A stretch of 43,157 bases of DNA from Candidatus Limadaptatus stercoravium (GTDB lineage Bacteria; Bacillota; Clostridia; Christensenellales; CAG-917), in assembly GCA_018710835.1 (NCBI GenBank), contig DVJC01000003.1:1-43157 (forward strand). The letters are read 5' to 3'. The notes beneath the pieces were generated by a model. It was not told the DNA's origin. It saw only the letters and a list, made by a program, of their open reading frames with translations, and ran no database searches. This document shows, piece by piece, positions 31,765-39,493 of the stretch (position 1 is the first letter of the stretch; every line of letters begins with the position of its first letter). Made by a program: the position numbers and the translations under genes.

Positions 31765-33437
31765 ACGCCGCGCTCCCCCGCTTCCGCAAATCTGACGCGA
31801 AGCCTTACGAAAAGACACGCAAGCCCTGCCGCAAGCAGCACAGCCGCTATCGCCGCGACGGTCAGCACGGAGACCGTTTCGCCGTACGCCTCGCCGTACA
31901 CGAGCTTGAGATATATCCCGTCGTACAGCGCCAGCGCGCCTATGGCGGCGGACACCAGCAGTCCTATGATGACCAGAAGCGAAAGCGTAGCGTTCTCTTC
32001 CGCGCCGCCGCTGCCGCCGAAATGCGGACGCGTAAGATCACGCCTTATCGCAAAGCATATCTGCGCCGCGGCTATTGCGAGCGTGACCGCGAGAATGTAC
32101 ACCGCCTGCCATGCGCCCACATACCCAAGTCCTCCCACTATGCCGGCGCTCGCCGCCGCTGCCGCCGCGGAGGGTATGAAACAGAACGCCGCCTTCGCCC
32201 CTATGACGGTGCGGCAGTCCACGGGCATGGTGCGCATGAGGAAGAAGAACTCCCCGTCGCGGCTCACCGCGCCGGCGCAGTAGGTGTTGGTAAGTATGCC
32301 GAACATGACTATGAGAGCCACCGCGATCTCGAGATTGCAGTCCACAAGCACCAGCATCGAGGCGAGCTCCGAGAAGATGTCCATACAGAAATAGACCATG
32401 AGCGGCATGACTATCGCCGTGGAAAAGTATCCGAAGGCATAGGACGGAGTGCGCAGCACGAGCAGGAACTCTTTTTTCATGAAAGAGAGAAACCGCGGCT
32501 GCGGAGCCGGAAGGGAGCGCCCTTTCCACACATATCTGCCGTTCAGAGCGAAAAGTCTGTCCTGCGCCGCCGGGAGCAGCATGAGCCTGCCCGCGAGCAC
32601 CGACAGCGCGGAAAGGACCGCCGCGATCAGTACCACCCACCCGACCGCCGCCGGCATACCGTCGGTAAGCAGCATATCCGAGAAAAACACCGCCGGGTAC
32701 ATCCGCGATACGGCGTGCGCGATGCCGCGCATGGTTTCCGCATCGAAAAAGTATCTCGCCTCTCCCGTGGAAATGAGGTTCGCAATGAAATCGAGAACGG
32801 CGGAATACAGCCAGAACGCGACCGCGGTCACCGCCGTAACGACGACGAGCGTCACGACGTAGCGCGACGAGATCAGGCGCGCGACGGCGTGCACGGGAAG
32901 CGCGAGCACGCTCCCGACTCCGAGCGAAATCATGGGCAGCAGCACGAGAATGAGCGCGGTCATGCCGTAAAACTGCGCGCCGAGAGGCACGCAGACGCCG
33001 AGCGTGACGTTGACGGGAAGCACGGTGAAGAGTCCGAACACGAACTGTTTCGCATACGCCGCCGCCATTTTGGAGAGCCACACGGCGCCGGACGGCAAAG
33101 GAAGAGTGAGCAGGATGCGCAGATCGTCGCTCTCAAAGACGGAGCGGTTGATGACGCGCACTCCGCCGAGAGCGTTGACCGCTATGATGACCGTATAAAT
33201 GACTGCGGTAAGCTCGTAAAGCCGGGCGTAAGGGTCCGACACTCTCCCGACCTCTATCGTGAGATACATGTCCGCAAAACGTTTCAGCGCGAAACAGCCG
33301 AACGCGACGATCGCCGCCGCCAGCAGGAACGAAAGCAGTTTCCCGGCAACGTCAGGCGTGCGCTGCTTCCGCGTGAACGATGAAAAGAACGCGTGCGCTT
33401 CTTTTTTGAGAAGAATGCCCGTCGCGCGCAGCATCAT
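31761..33437 (-). CDS. ABC exporter permease, apparently internally duplicated ABC-2-type (558 aa, about 12 or more TM)
   Basis: Start at the ATG at 33437, forming an ATGA overlap with the ATPase stop. Each half opens with a K-K-E segment followed by hydrophobic helices (LLKKEAHAFF, FMKKEFLLVL). Confidence 0.85.
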   Translation of the reverse strand: MMLRATGILLKKEAHAFFSSFTRKQRTPDVAGKLLSFLLAAAIVAFGCFALKRFADMYLTIEVGRVSDPYARLYELTAVIYTVIIAVNALGGVRVINRSVFESDDLRILLTLPLPSGAVWLSKMAAAYAKQFVFGLFTVLPVNVTLGVCVPLGAQFYGMTALILVLLPMISLGVGSVLALPVHAVARLISSRYVVTLVVVTAVTAVAFWLYSAVLDFIANLISTGEARYFFDAETMRGIAHAVSRMYPAVFFSDMLLTDGMPAAVGWVVLIAAVLSALSVLAGRLMLLPAAQDRLFALNGRYVWKGRSLPAPQPRFLSFMKKEFLLVLRTPSYAFGYFSTAIVMPLMVYFCMDIFSELASMLVLVDCNLEIAVALIVMFGILTNTYCAGAVSRDGEFFFLMRTMPVDCRTVIGAKAAFCFIPSAAAAAASAGIVGGLGYVGAWQAVYILAVTLAIAAAQICFAIRRDLTRPHFGGSGGAEENATLSLLVIIGLLVSAAIGALALYDGIYLKLVYGEAYGETVSVLTVAAIAAVLLAAGLACLFVRLRVRFAEAGERGV

Positions 33438-34195
33438 TCGTTCTCCTCTTCCGGCGTATAATATTCGGCGATAAGTCCGTCGTCGGCGCATTCCGCCGGC
33501 ATGTCGGCGCGGATGATCCCTCCGCGGATTACTATTACGCGGTCGCATATCCTGCGCACGGCGTCAAGATTGTGCGTGGAGAACAGCACCGCGTTGCCTG
33601 CCGCGGCGTAATCCTTCATGAATTCCGACACCGACCGCATGGAGGACGGATCCAGCCCCAACATCGGCTCGTCGAGGATCCACAGCGACGGAGCGTGGAT
33701 GAGGCTGCCTATCATGCAGATCTTCTGCTTCATGCCGTGGGAATAGCTGCTGATGAGCGCGCCCGCCTTGCCGCCGAGAGCGAAACGCTCGGACAGCAGC
33801 GCAAAACGCTCCTCGCGCTCGCTCCTGCCCACGCCGTACACGTCCGCCATGAACGCGACGTATTCCAGCCCCGTCATCTTGGAAAAAACCGCATGGTCGT
33901 CCGTCACGAAACCGAACTTCGTCTTCGCTTCCGTGGCATCGCCCTTGACGGGAACGCCGAACACCTCGACCGTCCCCTCCCTGTAAGGGAGCATGCCCGT
34001 AAGGCATTTGAGCGTGGTGGATTTGCCGGCGCCGTTCGGTCCGAGCAGTCCGACTATCTCTCCGCGCTCCACGGAAAAGGATATGCCGTCGACGGCATAT
34101 TCGGCGGCGCGGGGATACTTCTTCCTGAGCCCTTCGATTCTGACTGCGGGGGCGCCGCCGTCCGCGGCGGGCGCTTCGGATCTCTTTTTCTTCAT
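33434..34195 (-). CDS. ABC transporter ATP-binding protein (ABC-2 subfamily type, 253 aa)
   Basis: Walker A GPNGAGKST, signature YSHGMKQK, Walker B LWILDEPMLGLD, H-loop STHN. Start chosen at the ATG at 34195 (MKKKRSEAP), 5 nt after GGTGAGG. The ATG at 34210 is an alternative. Confidence 0.85.
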   Translation of the reverse strand: MKKKRSEAPAADGGAPAVRIEGLRKKYPRAAEYAVDGISFSVERGEIVGLLGPNGAGKSTTLKCLTGMLPYREGTVEVFGVPVKGDATEAKTKFGFVTDDHAVFSKMTGLEYVAFMADVYGVGRSEREERFALLSERFALGGKAGALISSYSHGMKQKICMIGSLIHAPSLWILDEPMLGLDPSSMRSVSEFMKDYAAAGNAVLFSTHNLDAVRRICDRVIVIRGGIIRADMPAECADDGLIAEYYTPEEENE

Positions 34196-34319
34196 CGGAA
34201 CCTCACCCATATATATGACGGATCTATCTTCTGCGTTTAACACAACAATAATCCGTCCTCCGCCCCGCGGTCCGCAAAAACTGCGGACGTATGCTGCGCG
34301 GCGCACTTCCGGTCGATTA

Positions 34320-34349
34320 AGATTACACTTTCGCAATAATTAACGTCAA
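34320..34349 (-). promoter_or_regulatory. Candidate promoter of the ABC/beta-helix operon
   Basis: Minus strand TTGACG-18 nt-TAATCT in the AT-rich part of the divergent spacer. Confidence 0.4.
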
Positions 34350-34486
34350 GCGTTTTCTATATTCTGTATCAAAGCAGACTTAAAATATTATTAAAAGAAA
34401 ACCGTCCGTGCCGCCGTCGGAGGCGGACTGCGCCGCGCGCGGCGGAGGATCCGCGTTTCCGCCGCCGCGTACGGGCGCGTTTCGGC

Positions 34487-34515
34487 TTGCTTTTCGTCCG
34501 AAAATAATTTATACT
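34487..34515 (+). promoter_or_regulatory. Candidate promoter of the FHA-ABC operon
   Basis: TTGCTT-17 nt-TATACT, about 30 nt upstream of the ATG at 34545. Confidence 0.5.
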
Positions 34516-34544
34516 GTGTTAATATCCGGAAAAGCGGGGTGCGC

Positions 34545-36677
34545 ATGAGCAATATAATCCTGAAGATCAGTGACGGCGAACTCTTCAACTTCTTCGACAG
34601 CGAGGAGAAGAAGGAGTTTACCGTAGGCTCGAAACGCACTTGCGACGTTGTGGTGAAGGGCTTTTTCGTCGCGCCCGAACAGCTGCGGTTCATACAGAAG
34701 AACAACGTGTGGTACGTCGAGGATCTCACTCCGGAGGGATACAAATCGGAGGTGCTGACGGGCGGCAAGCGTTTCAAACGCCCCGTCGTCAGGTTCGACA
34801 GCGACATCGTCATACGCAAGACGGGCGAAAAACGCGGCGACACAGTCAAGATCTCTTCCGTGAAGAAGATCACGAGAAAGCGCGGCGGCTCCAACTTCGA
34901 CCTCACCCAGAAGACGCTCACCGTCGTCGGACGCGATCCCTCCTGCGACATCGTGGTGGACAATCCCATGGTGTCGGAGAAACACTTCCGAATAGTCTAC
35001 GACGGCTCGGACTACTACATCGAGGATCTCCGCAGCATAGGCGGCACCTTCGTCAACAACCGCAAGATACGCCGTGCCAGACTAGGCGATTACGACCGCA
35101 TATCCATACCGTCGGCGGCGTACACGTTCTACGAGCGCAAGCTGCTCTACTCGACGTCGCCCGCCGGCATACAGATCGACGCCGTAGGCGTCACAAAGGA
35201 TGTGGCGGACCGCAAATCGCACGGCAAAGTCAGACTGGTGAACGCGGTGTCCTTCCGCATAGAACCGGGCGCATTCGTGGCGATCGTGGGCGGTTCGGGC
35301 ACGGGCAAGTCCACTCTGCTGGACTGTCTTAACGGGCTGCGCCCCGCCACCGACGGCGGTATCTACTACGACACCAACGCCTATTACGACAACATCAGGT
35401 CGTACAAGAACGTCATCGGCTACGTTCCGCAAAAGGACATAATGCACGACGATCTCACCGTCGAAACAGCCCTCCGCTACACGGCGATGCTCCGTATGCG
35501 CAGCAAAATGCCGGGCGAAGAGATCAGGGCGCGCGTAAAAGAGGCGATCGCGGACGTGAAACTGTCCGGACGCGAAAATCTGAAGATATCCGCCCTCTCC
35601 GGCGGACAGCGCAAACGCGTTTCCATAGCCATGGAACTGCTCTCCGACCCGAAGGTCATCTTCCTCGACGAGCCGACCAGCGGACTCTCCCCCGACCTCG
35701 ACCTGGAGATGATGGATCTGCTCAAGGAACTTGCCGGCAAGGGGCGCACGATAGTGGTCATCACGCACGCCATGGAGAACCTGGACAAATGCGACAGGAT
35801 AGCATTCCTCGGCAAGGGTGGCAGACTGTGTTTCTACGGCGAGCACAAGGACGTATTCCGTTACTTCAACCGCAAGAGCTACTCGCGCATATTCGCCGCG
35901 CTTAACGACGACACGCTGTGCGCCTATTTCGAGAGCAAGTACCGCTCCGGCGAGTACTACAAGGAGCTGTACTCCGCATTCTGCGAGCAGTACGCGGACG
36001 CGAAAGCGTGCATGCTCCCTCCCGAAACGGGCAAAAAGACTCTGCGGCAGACCGCGGAAGAGACCTCGGCTGCGGAAGTGCGCGCAAGGCGCACCCTTGC
36101 CGACAAGGCGGCGGAATGGAAGGCGGCGATAAAGGCGAAGCGCGCCGCACGCCATACCGCCGAAGAAGAAGCGCGCCCCGCCGCCGTGCGCACGCAGGAC
36201 TGTACGGCTGAGGACGCCGGCTTCCGCCCGGAGCGCGAAGCTGCGGAACTCTCCCCGGAGGAGGAGTCCGCACGGACGGGCGGAGATGCGGAGAGCGCGC
36301 TCCCTGCCGATGTCGACATCCCGGAGGCAGCGCCGGCACAAATGACCGAATCGCACGATAAAGTGCACGAATATGCGGAAGAAACGCACGTTTCGGACGA
36401 TCTCGCGGAAGATCCCGTAGACGCACCGCCTCGTCCGCTTGCCGAAAAGAAGCGCGGCAGACCTCGCAAAAAACAGCCATCGCCCGTCGCGGAAACCGCC
36501 GCAGACGGAACGGGAGAAGGCGCGGCGGACGACAGCGTCAACGCCGGCGCGGAGGAAGCGCAAAACGACGTACACGCGCTGTCCGAAGGCACAAACGACG
36601 CGGTGAAGAAACAGTCCGCGGCAGGAAGAAAGAAAAAGACGGCGGCCGCCGCCGCGGAAGAGGAGGACGAGGCATGA
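34545..36677 (+). CDS. FHA-FHA-ABC (ABCG/White-type) ATP-binding protein with long disordered C-terminal tail containing an AT-hook (710 aa)
   Basis: FHA2 signature VVGRDPSCD...SEKH...GGTFVNN. Walker A GGSGTGKST, signature LSGGQRKRVSIA, Walker B VIFLDEPTSGL. KKRGRPRKK at 36447-36473. The ATG at 34545 is preferred over the GTG at 34539. Confidence 0.9.
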   Translation: MSNIILKISDGELFNFFDSEEKKEFTVGSKRTCDVVVKGFFVAPEQLRFIQKNNVWYVEDLTPEGYKSEVLTGGKRFKRPVVRFDSDIVIRKTGEKRGDTVKISSVKKITRKRGGSNFDLTQKTLTVVGRDPSCDIVVDNPMVSEKHFRIVYDGSDYYIEDLRSIGGTFVNNRKIRRARLGDYDRISIPSAAYTFYERKLLYSTSPAGIQIDAVGVTKDVADRKSHGKVRLVNAVSFRIEPGAFVAIVGGSGTGKSTLLDCLNGLRPATDGGIYYDTNAYYDNIRSYKNVIGYVPQKDIMHDDLTVETALRYTAMLRMRSKMPGEEIRARVKEAIADVKLSGRENLKISALSGGQRKRVSIAMELLSDPKVIFLDEPTSGLSPDLDLEMMDLLKELAGKGRTIVVITHAMENLDKCDRIAFLGKGGRLCFYGEHKDVFRYFNRKSYSRIFAALNDDTLCAYFESKYRSGEYYKELYSAFCEQYADAKACMLPPETGKKTLRQTAEETSAAEVRARRTLADKAAEWKAAIKAKRAARHTAEEEARPAAVRTQDCTAEDAGFRPEREAAELSPEEESARTGGDAESALPADVDIPEAAPAQMTESHDKVHEYAEETHVSDDLAEDPVDAPPRPLAEKKRGRPRKKQPSPVAETAADGTGEGAADDSVNAGAEEAQNDVHALSEGTNDAVKKQSAAGRKKKTAAAAAEEEDEA

Positions 36678-37480
36678 AAAAAACGCGCGACTTCTCTCCC
36701 CGTATGAATCTGCTGCAGTTCAGGGTGCTGCTCGTCCGCTATCTCAGGCAGATAGTCACCAATCCGTGGTTCATCGTACCGCTCGTGCTGCAGCCCGTGG
36801 TACTTCTCATCATCACGTCGCTGGTGTACGAAGACGGCACTTTCTCCGAACCGTTGGCGCACATCACGTCGGCAAACAGCACTCCTTTCCTGCTGGTGCT
36901 CTCCTCCGCGCTGATGGGGCTGCTCAACAGTTACCGCGAGATATGCAAGGAACGCGAGGTCACCCGGCGCGAGGTGTTCGGCGGCGTGGACGTCATATCC
37001 TATCTCGCCTCCAAAGTGGCGGCGCTGGGCATAGTGGGATTCGTCCAGTCACTCGTCATCTCGCTGGGGAGTCTGTCGTTCATAGACTACAACCTGTCCG
37101 ACCCCGCGTATTCGCTGTTCTTCATTGTCATGGCGGTGTTCCTCACCAACTGGTGCGTGACGGGACTCGGACTGCTGGTGTCCGCTCTGCTCAAAAAGTC
37201 CGAAAGCGCGATACTCCCCGTCCTGGTCATCATCATAATGCAGGTGGTGTGCGCCGGCGCGCTGATAGAATTCGATGAAATGCCTATGGAGATCCTCTAC
37301 TTCTTCACGCCCGTCATGTACGGCACGTCTGTGATAGGCAACGTCACGGGGATAGGATTCATGCGCGACATATACGGCTACAACCAGTATTTCTGCCTCG
37401 CCATGCTGATAATTTTCGCGGCGGTATTCCACGTGCTGACCGCGCTCAAACTCAAGTACGACTACCGCACGAGGGACTGA
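36674..37480 (+). CDS. ABC-2 type transporter permease (268 aa)
   Basis: ATGA overlap with the FHA-ABC gene. Six hydrophobic helices. N-terminal FRVLLVRYLRQIVTNPWF is typical of ABC-2/ABCG membrane domains. Confidence 0.85.
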   Translation: MKKTRDFSPRMNLLQFRVLLVRYLRQIVTNPWFIVPLVLQPVVLLIITSLVYEDGTFSEPLAHITSANSTPFLLVLSSALMGLLNSYREICKEREVTRREVFGGVDVISYLASKVAALGIVGFVQSLVISLGSLSFIDYNLSDPAYSLFFIVMAVFLTNWCVTGLGLLVSALLKKSESAILPVLVIIIMQVVCAGALIEFDEMPMEILYFFTPVMYGTSVIGNVTGIGFMRDIYGYNQYFCLAMLIIFAAVFHVLTALKLKYDYRTRD

Positions 37481-37508
37481 TCCCCCCGCGGCGGACAAAG
37501 GAGAAAAC

Positions 37509-38237
37509 ATGCTTAAACTCGAAAATATATGCTACGACGTCGACGCGGACCGCCCCGACAGGGCGAAACGCATACTGTCCGACGTATCTCTGGAGTTTCC
37601 CGACCGCTCTCTCACCGTGATAACGGGACACAACGGCAGCGGAAAATCCACGCTGGTCAAGCTCATCATGGGCATTGATAAACCGACTTCCGGGCGCATA
37701 TTGTTTAACGGCGCGGACGTCACCGGCGATTCCGTCACCGACCGCGCGCTGAAAGGCTTCACGATAGCTTTCCAGCAGCCCGTGCGCTTCAAGGGCATCA
37801 CGGTGAGGAATCTCCTCGACGCCGCCTGCCGCAGAAAATGCAGCACCGGCGACGCGTGCAACTTCCTGTACAGCGTGGGACTGTGCGCCAAGGACTACAT
37901 CGACCGTCCGGTGGACGACACGCTTTCGGGCGGCGAACTCAAACGCATCGAACTCGCCACCGCTCTCGCAAAAGGCGGCGAAGTGTTCCTGCTCGACGAG
38001 CCGGAGGCGGGCATAGACCTGTGGAGCTTCGACGAGCTGGTGGGAGTGTTCGACAAACTGCGCGACAAGACTGTCATCATCGTCAGCCATCAGAGCAAGA
38101 TACTTCAGGCCGCGGACAGGATAGTCGTGCTCAATTCTGCGGCTCAGCCCGTGTCGGGACCGCGCGACGAGATCCTCCCCGGACTCACCGACGTCGGCGC
38201 ACCCTACTGCCGCCGCGGCTATGCGGTAAAGGAGTGA
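37509..38237 (+). CDS. sufC: SufC-like ABC ATPase (Fe-S cluster assembly type, divergent)
   Basis: Walker A GHNGSGKST, signature LSGGELKRIELATAL, Walker B FLLDEPEAGIDL, H-loop VSHQ. AAAGGAG SD. Followed by a SufB/D-family gene. Confidence 0.75.
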   Translation: MLKLENICYDVDADRPDRAKRILSDVSLEFPDRSLTVITGHNGSGKSTLVKLIMGIDKPTSGRILFNGADVTGDSVTDRALKGFTIAFQQPVRFKGITVRNLLDAACRRKCSTGDACNFLYSVGLCAKDYIDRPVDDTLSGGELKRIELATALAKGGEVFLLDEPEAGIDLWSFDELVGVFDKLRDKTVIIVSHQSKILQAADRIVVLNSAAQPVSGPRDEILPGLTDVGAPYCRRGYAVKE

Positions 38238-38239
38238 AT

Positions 38240-39157
38240 ATGGAAAAGATAGATCGTGAACTTCTGGAAAAGATAGCGGAGCTCCATTCCGTGCCGGAAG
38301 GCAGCTTCAATATAAGGAAAAACGGCGAAAGACTCGCCTTCAATTCGACGGACGACATTCAGATCGTCAGCAAGACGGACAACCCCGGCATAGACATCAT
38401 CGTCGCGCCCGGAGTGAAGAACAAGAGCGTGCACATCCCCGTCATACTCACGGTGGGAGATTTTCAGGACACGGTGTACAACGACTTCTTCATCGGAGAG
38501 GGCGCGGACGTGGTGATAGTCGCGGGCTGCGGCATACACAATCCCGGCAAAGGCAAGGCGGAACACGACGGCATACACACCTTCCGTCTTGAGAAAAATT
38601 CGCGCGTAAAATACATCGAACGCCACTACGGCGAAGGCGCGGAAGGCAGCAAACGCGTGTTCGATCCCGTCACCAAAGCCTACCTCGGACAAGGGGCGGT
38701 GCTGGAGATGGAGACCACCCAGCTCGGCGGCGTGACCTACACCGACAGAATGACGGAAGCGGAAGTAGGCGACGGCGCAAAGCTGCTGGTCAAAGAGAAG
38801 CTGCTCACCGACGGCGAAGAGAAGGCGATATCGCGCTTCCGCGTGACGCTGAAGGGCAAGGACAGCACCTGCGACATCGTCAGCCGCAGCGTGGCGCGCG
38901 GCAGCTCGCGGCAGGAGTTCTACTCCGACGTGATAGGCGAGAACGGCTGTTTCGGACACGTCGAATGCGACGGCATAATCCTTGACGGAGCGAGGATACT
39001 CTCCACGCCGCAGATAGATGCCGCCCACCCCGACGCGAGCCTTGTGCACGAAGCGGCGGTCGGCAAGATAGCCGGCGACCAGCTCACCAAACTCATGAGC
39101 CTCGGACTCACCGAAAAGGAAGCCGAGGACGCGGTCATCAAAGGCTTCCTGCACTGA
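38240..39157 (+). CDS. SufB/SufD-family Fe-S cluster assembly scaffold protein (short, 305 aa)
   Basis: C-terminal SufBD-domain pattern FRVTLKGKDSTCDIVSRSVARGSSRQEFYSDVIG...STPQIDAAHPDASLVHEAAVGKIAGDQLTKLMSLGLTEKEAEDAVIKGF. AAGGAG SD. The ATG at 38240 is 2 nt after the sufC stop. The track ORF's 134-codon N-extension overlaps sufC in another frame. Confidence 0.8.
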   Translation: MEKIDRELLEKIAELHSVPEGSFNIRKNGERLAFNSTDDIQIVSKTDNPGIDIIVAPGVKNKSVHIPVILTVGDFQDTVYNDFFIGEGADVVIVAGCGIHNPGKGKAEHDGIHTFRLEKNSRVKYIERHYGEGAEGSKRVFDPVTKAYLGQGAVLEMETTQLGGVTYTDRMTEAEVGDGAKLLVKEKLLTDGEEKAISRFRVTLKGKDSTCDIVSRSVARGSSRQEFYSDVIGENGCFGHVECDGIILDGARILSTPQIDAAHPDASLVHEAAVGKIAGDQLTKLMSLGLTEKEAEDAVIKGFLH

Positions 39158-39203
39158 CCTGACGCCTATAAACACAAAGTTTGCATCTAACAACACTTTA
39201 CAT

Positions 39204-39238
39204 ACACAAAACGCTGCCATAAAAGCAGCGTTTTGTGT
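39204..39238. terminator. Bidirectional intrinsic terminator between the suf-like genes and dapL
   Basis: ACACAAAACGCTGC-CATAAAA-GCAGCGTTTTGTGT (14 bp, with A/T tracts on both sides). Confidence 0.7.
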
Positions 39239-39270
39239 AAATAGGACTTTATTTAAGGAACAACCATAAG

Positions 39271-39434
39271 ACACATCTCCCTCTCGGGGTGTGGGGTACT
39301 TTTTGTATCCCCACTTGGGGACGGAGTAAGAGCCCCACCGAAAATACTTTCGGCGGGGATCCCAAAAAAGAGAACTTCGTTTTAATAACACGCGAGTCGT
39401 CTCGCGTGTTATGCCTTTTTTGCTCCGTCCCCAA
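39271..39434. other. Highly structured intergenic element (candidate ncRNA, 3'UTR element or MITE-like repeat)
   Basis: A perfect 12-bp closing helix TTGGGGACGGAG (39315-39326) / CTCCGTCCCCAA (39423-39434) encloses two hairpins (39333-39358 and 39385-39412). Further hairpins lie at 39291-39314 and 39279-39288. Confidence 0.4.
39385..39421 (+). terminator. Canonical plus-strand intrinsic terminator inside the structured element
   Basis: ATAACACGCGAG-TCGT-CTCGCGTGTTAT (12 bp) followed by GCC and TTTTTT. There is no annotated plus-strand gene between it and the previous terminator. Confidence 0.55.
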
Positions 39435-39493
39435 CATGGGAGAAACGCTTTCCGTCCTCTTGTTTGAGAAAAATATTTCTCTCCCAAGCCGTC

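Noticed and set aside
28918-32283. 1121-aa plus-strand ORF antisense to the beta-helix protein and the permease
   Set aside because: Arg/His/Val-rich nonsense composition. The minus-strand genes have TM helices, domain-like repeats and start/stop overlaps.
35082-36575. 497-aa minus-strand ORF (and 35957-36862, 301 aa) antisense to the FHA-ABC gene
   Set aside because: Antisense artefacts over the NBD and the low-complexity tail. The plus-strand frame carries the Walker and signature motifs.
39271-39434. tRNA, tmRNA or G-quadruplex reading of the G4/C4-rich spacer
   Set aside because: There is no T-loop (GGTTCGAAT-like) or anticodon-arm geometry. The four GGGG runs are separated by loops far too long for a canonical G4, and each has a complementary CCCC run forming ordinary hairpins.
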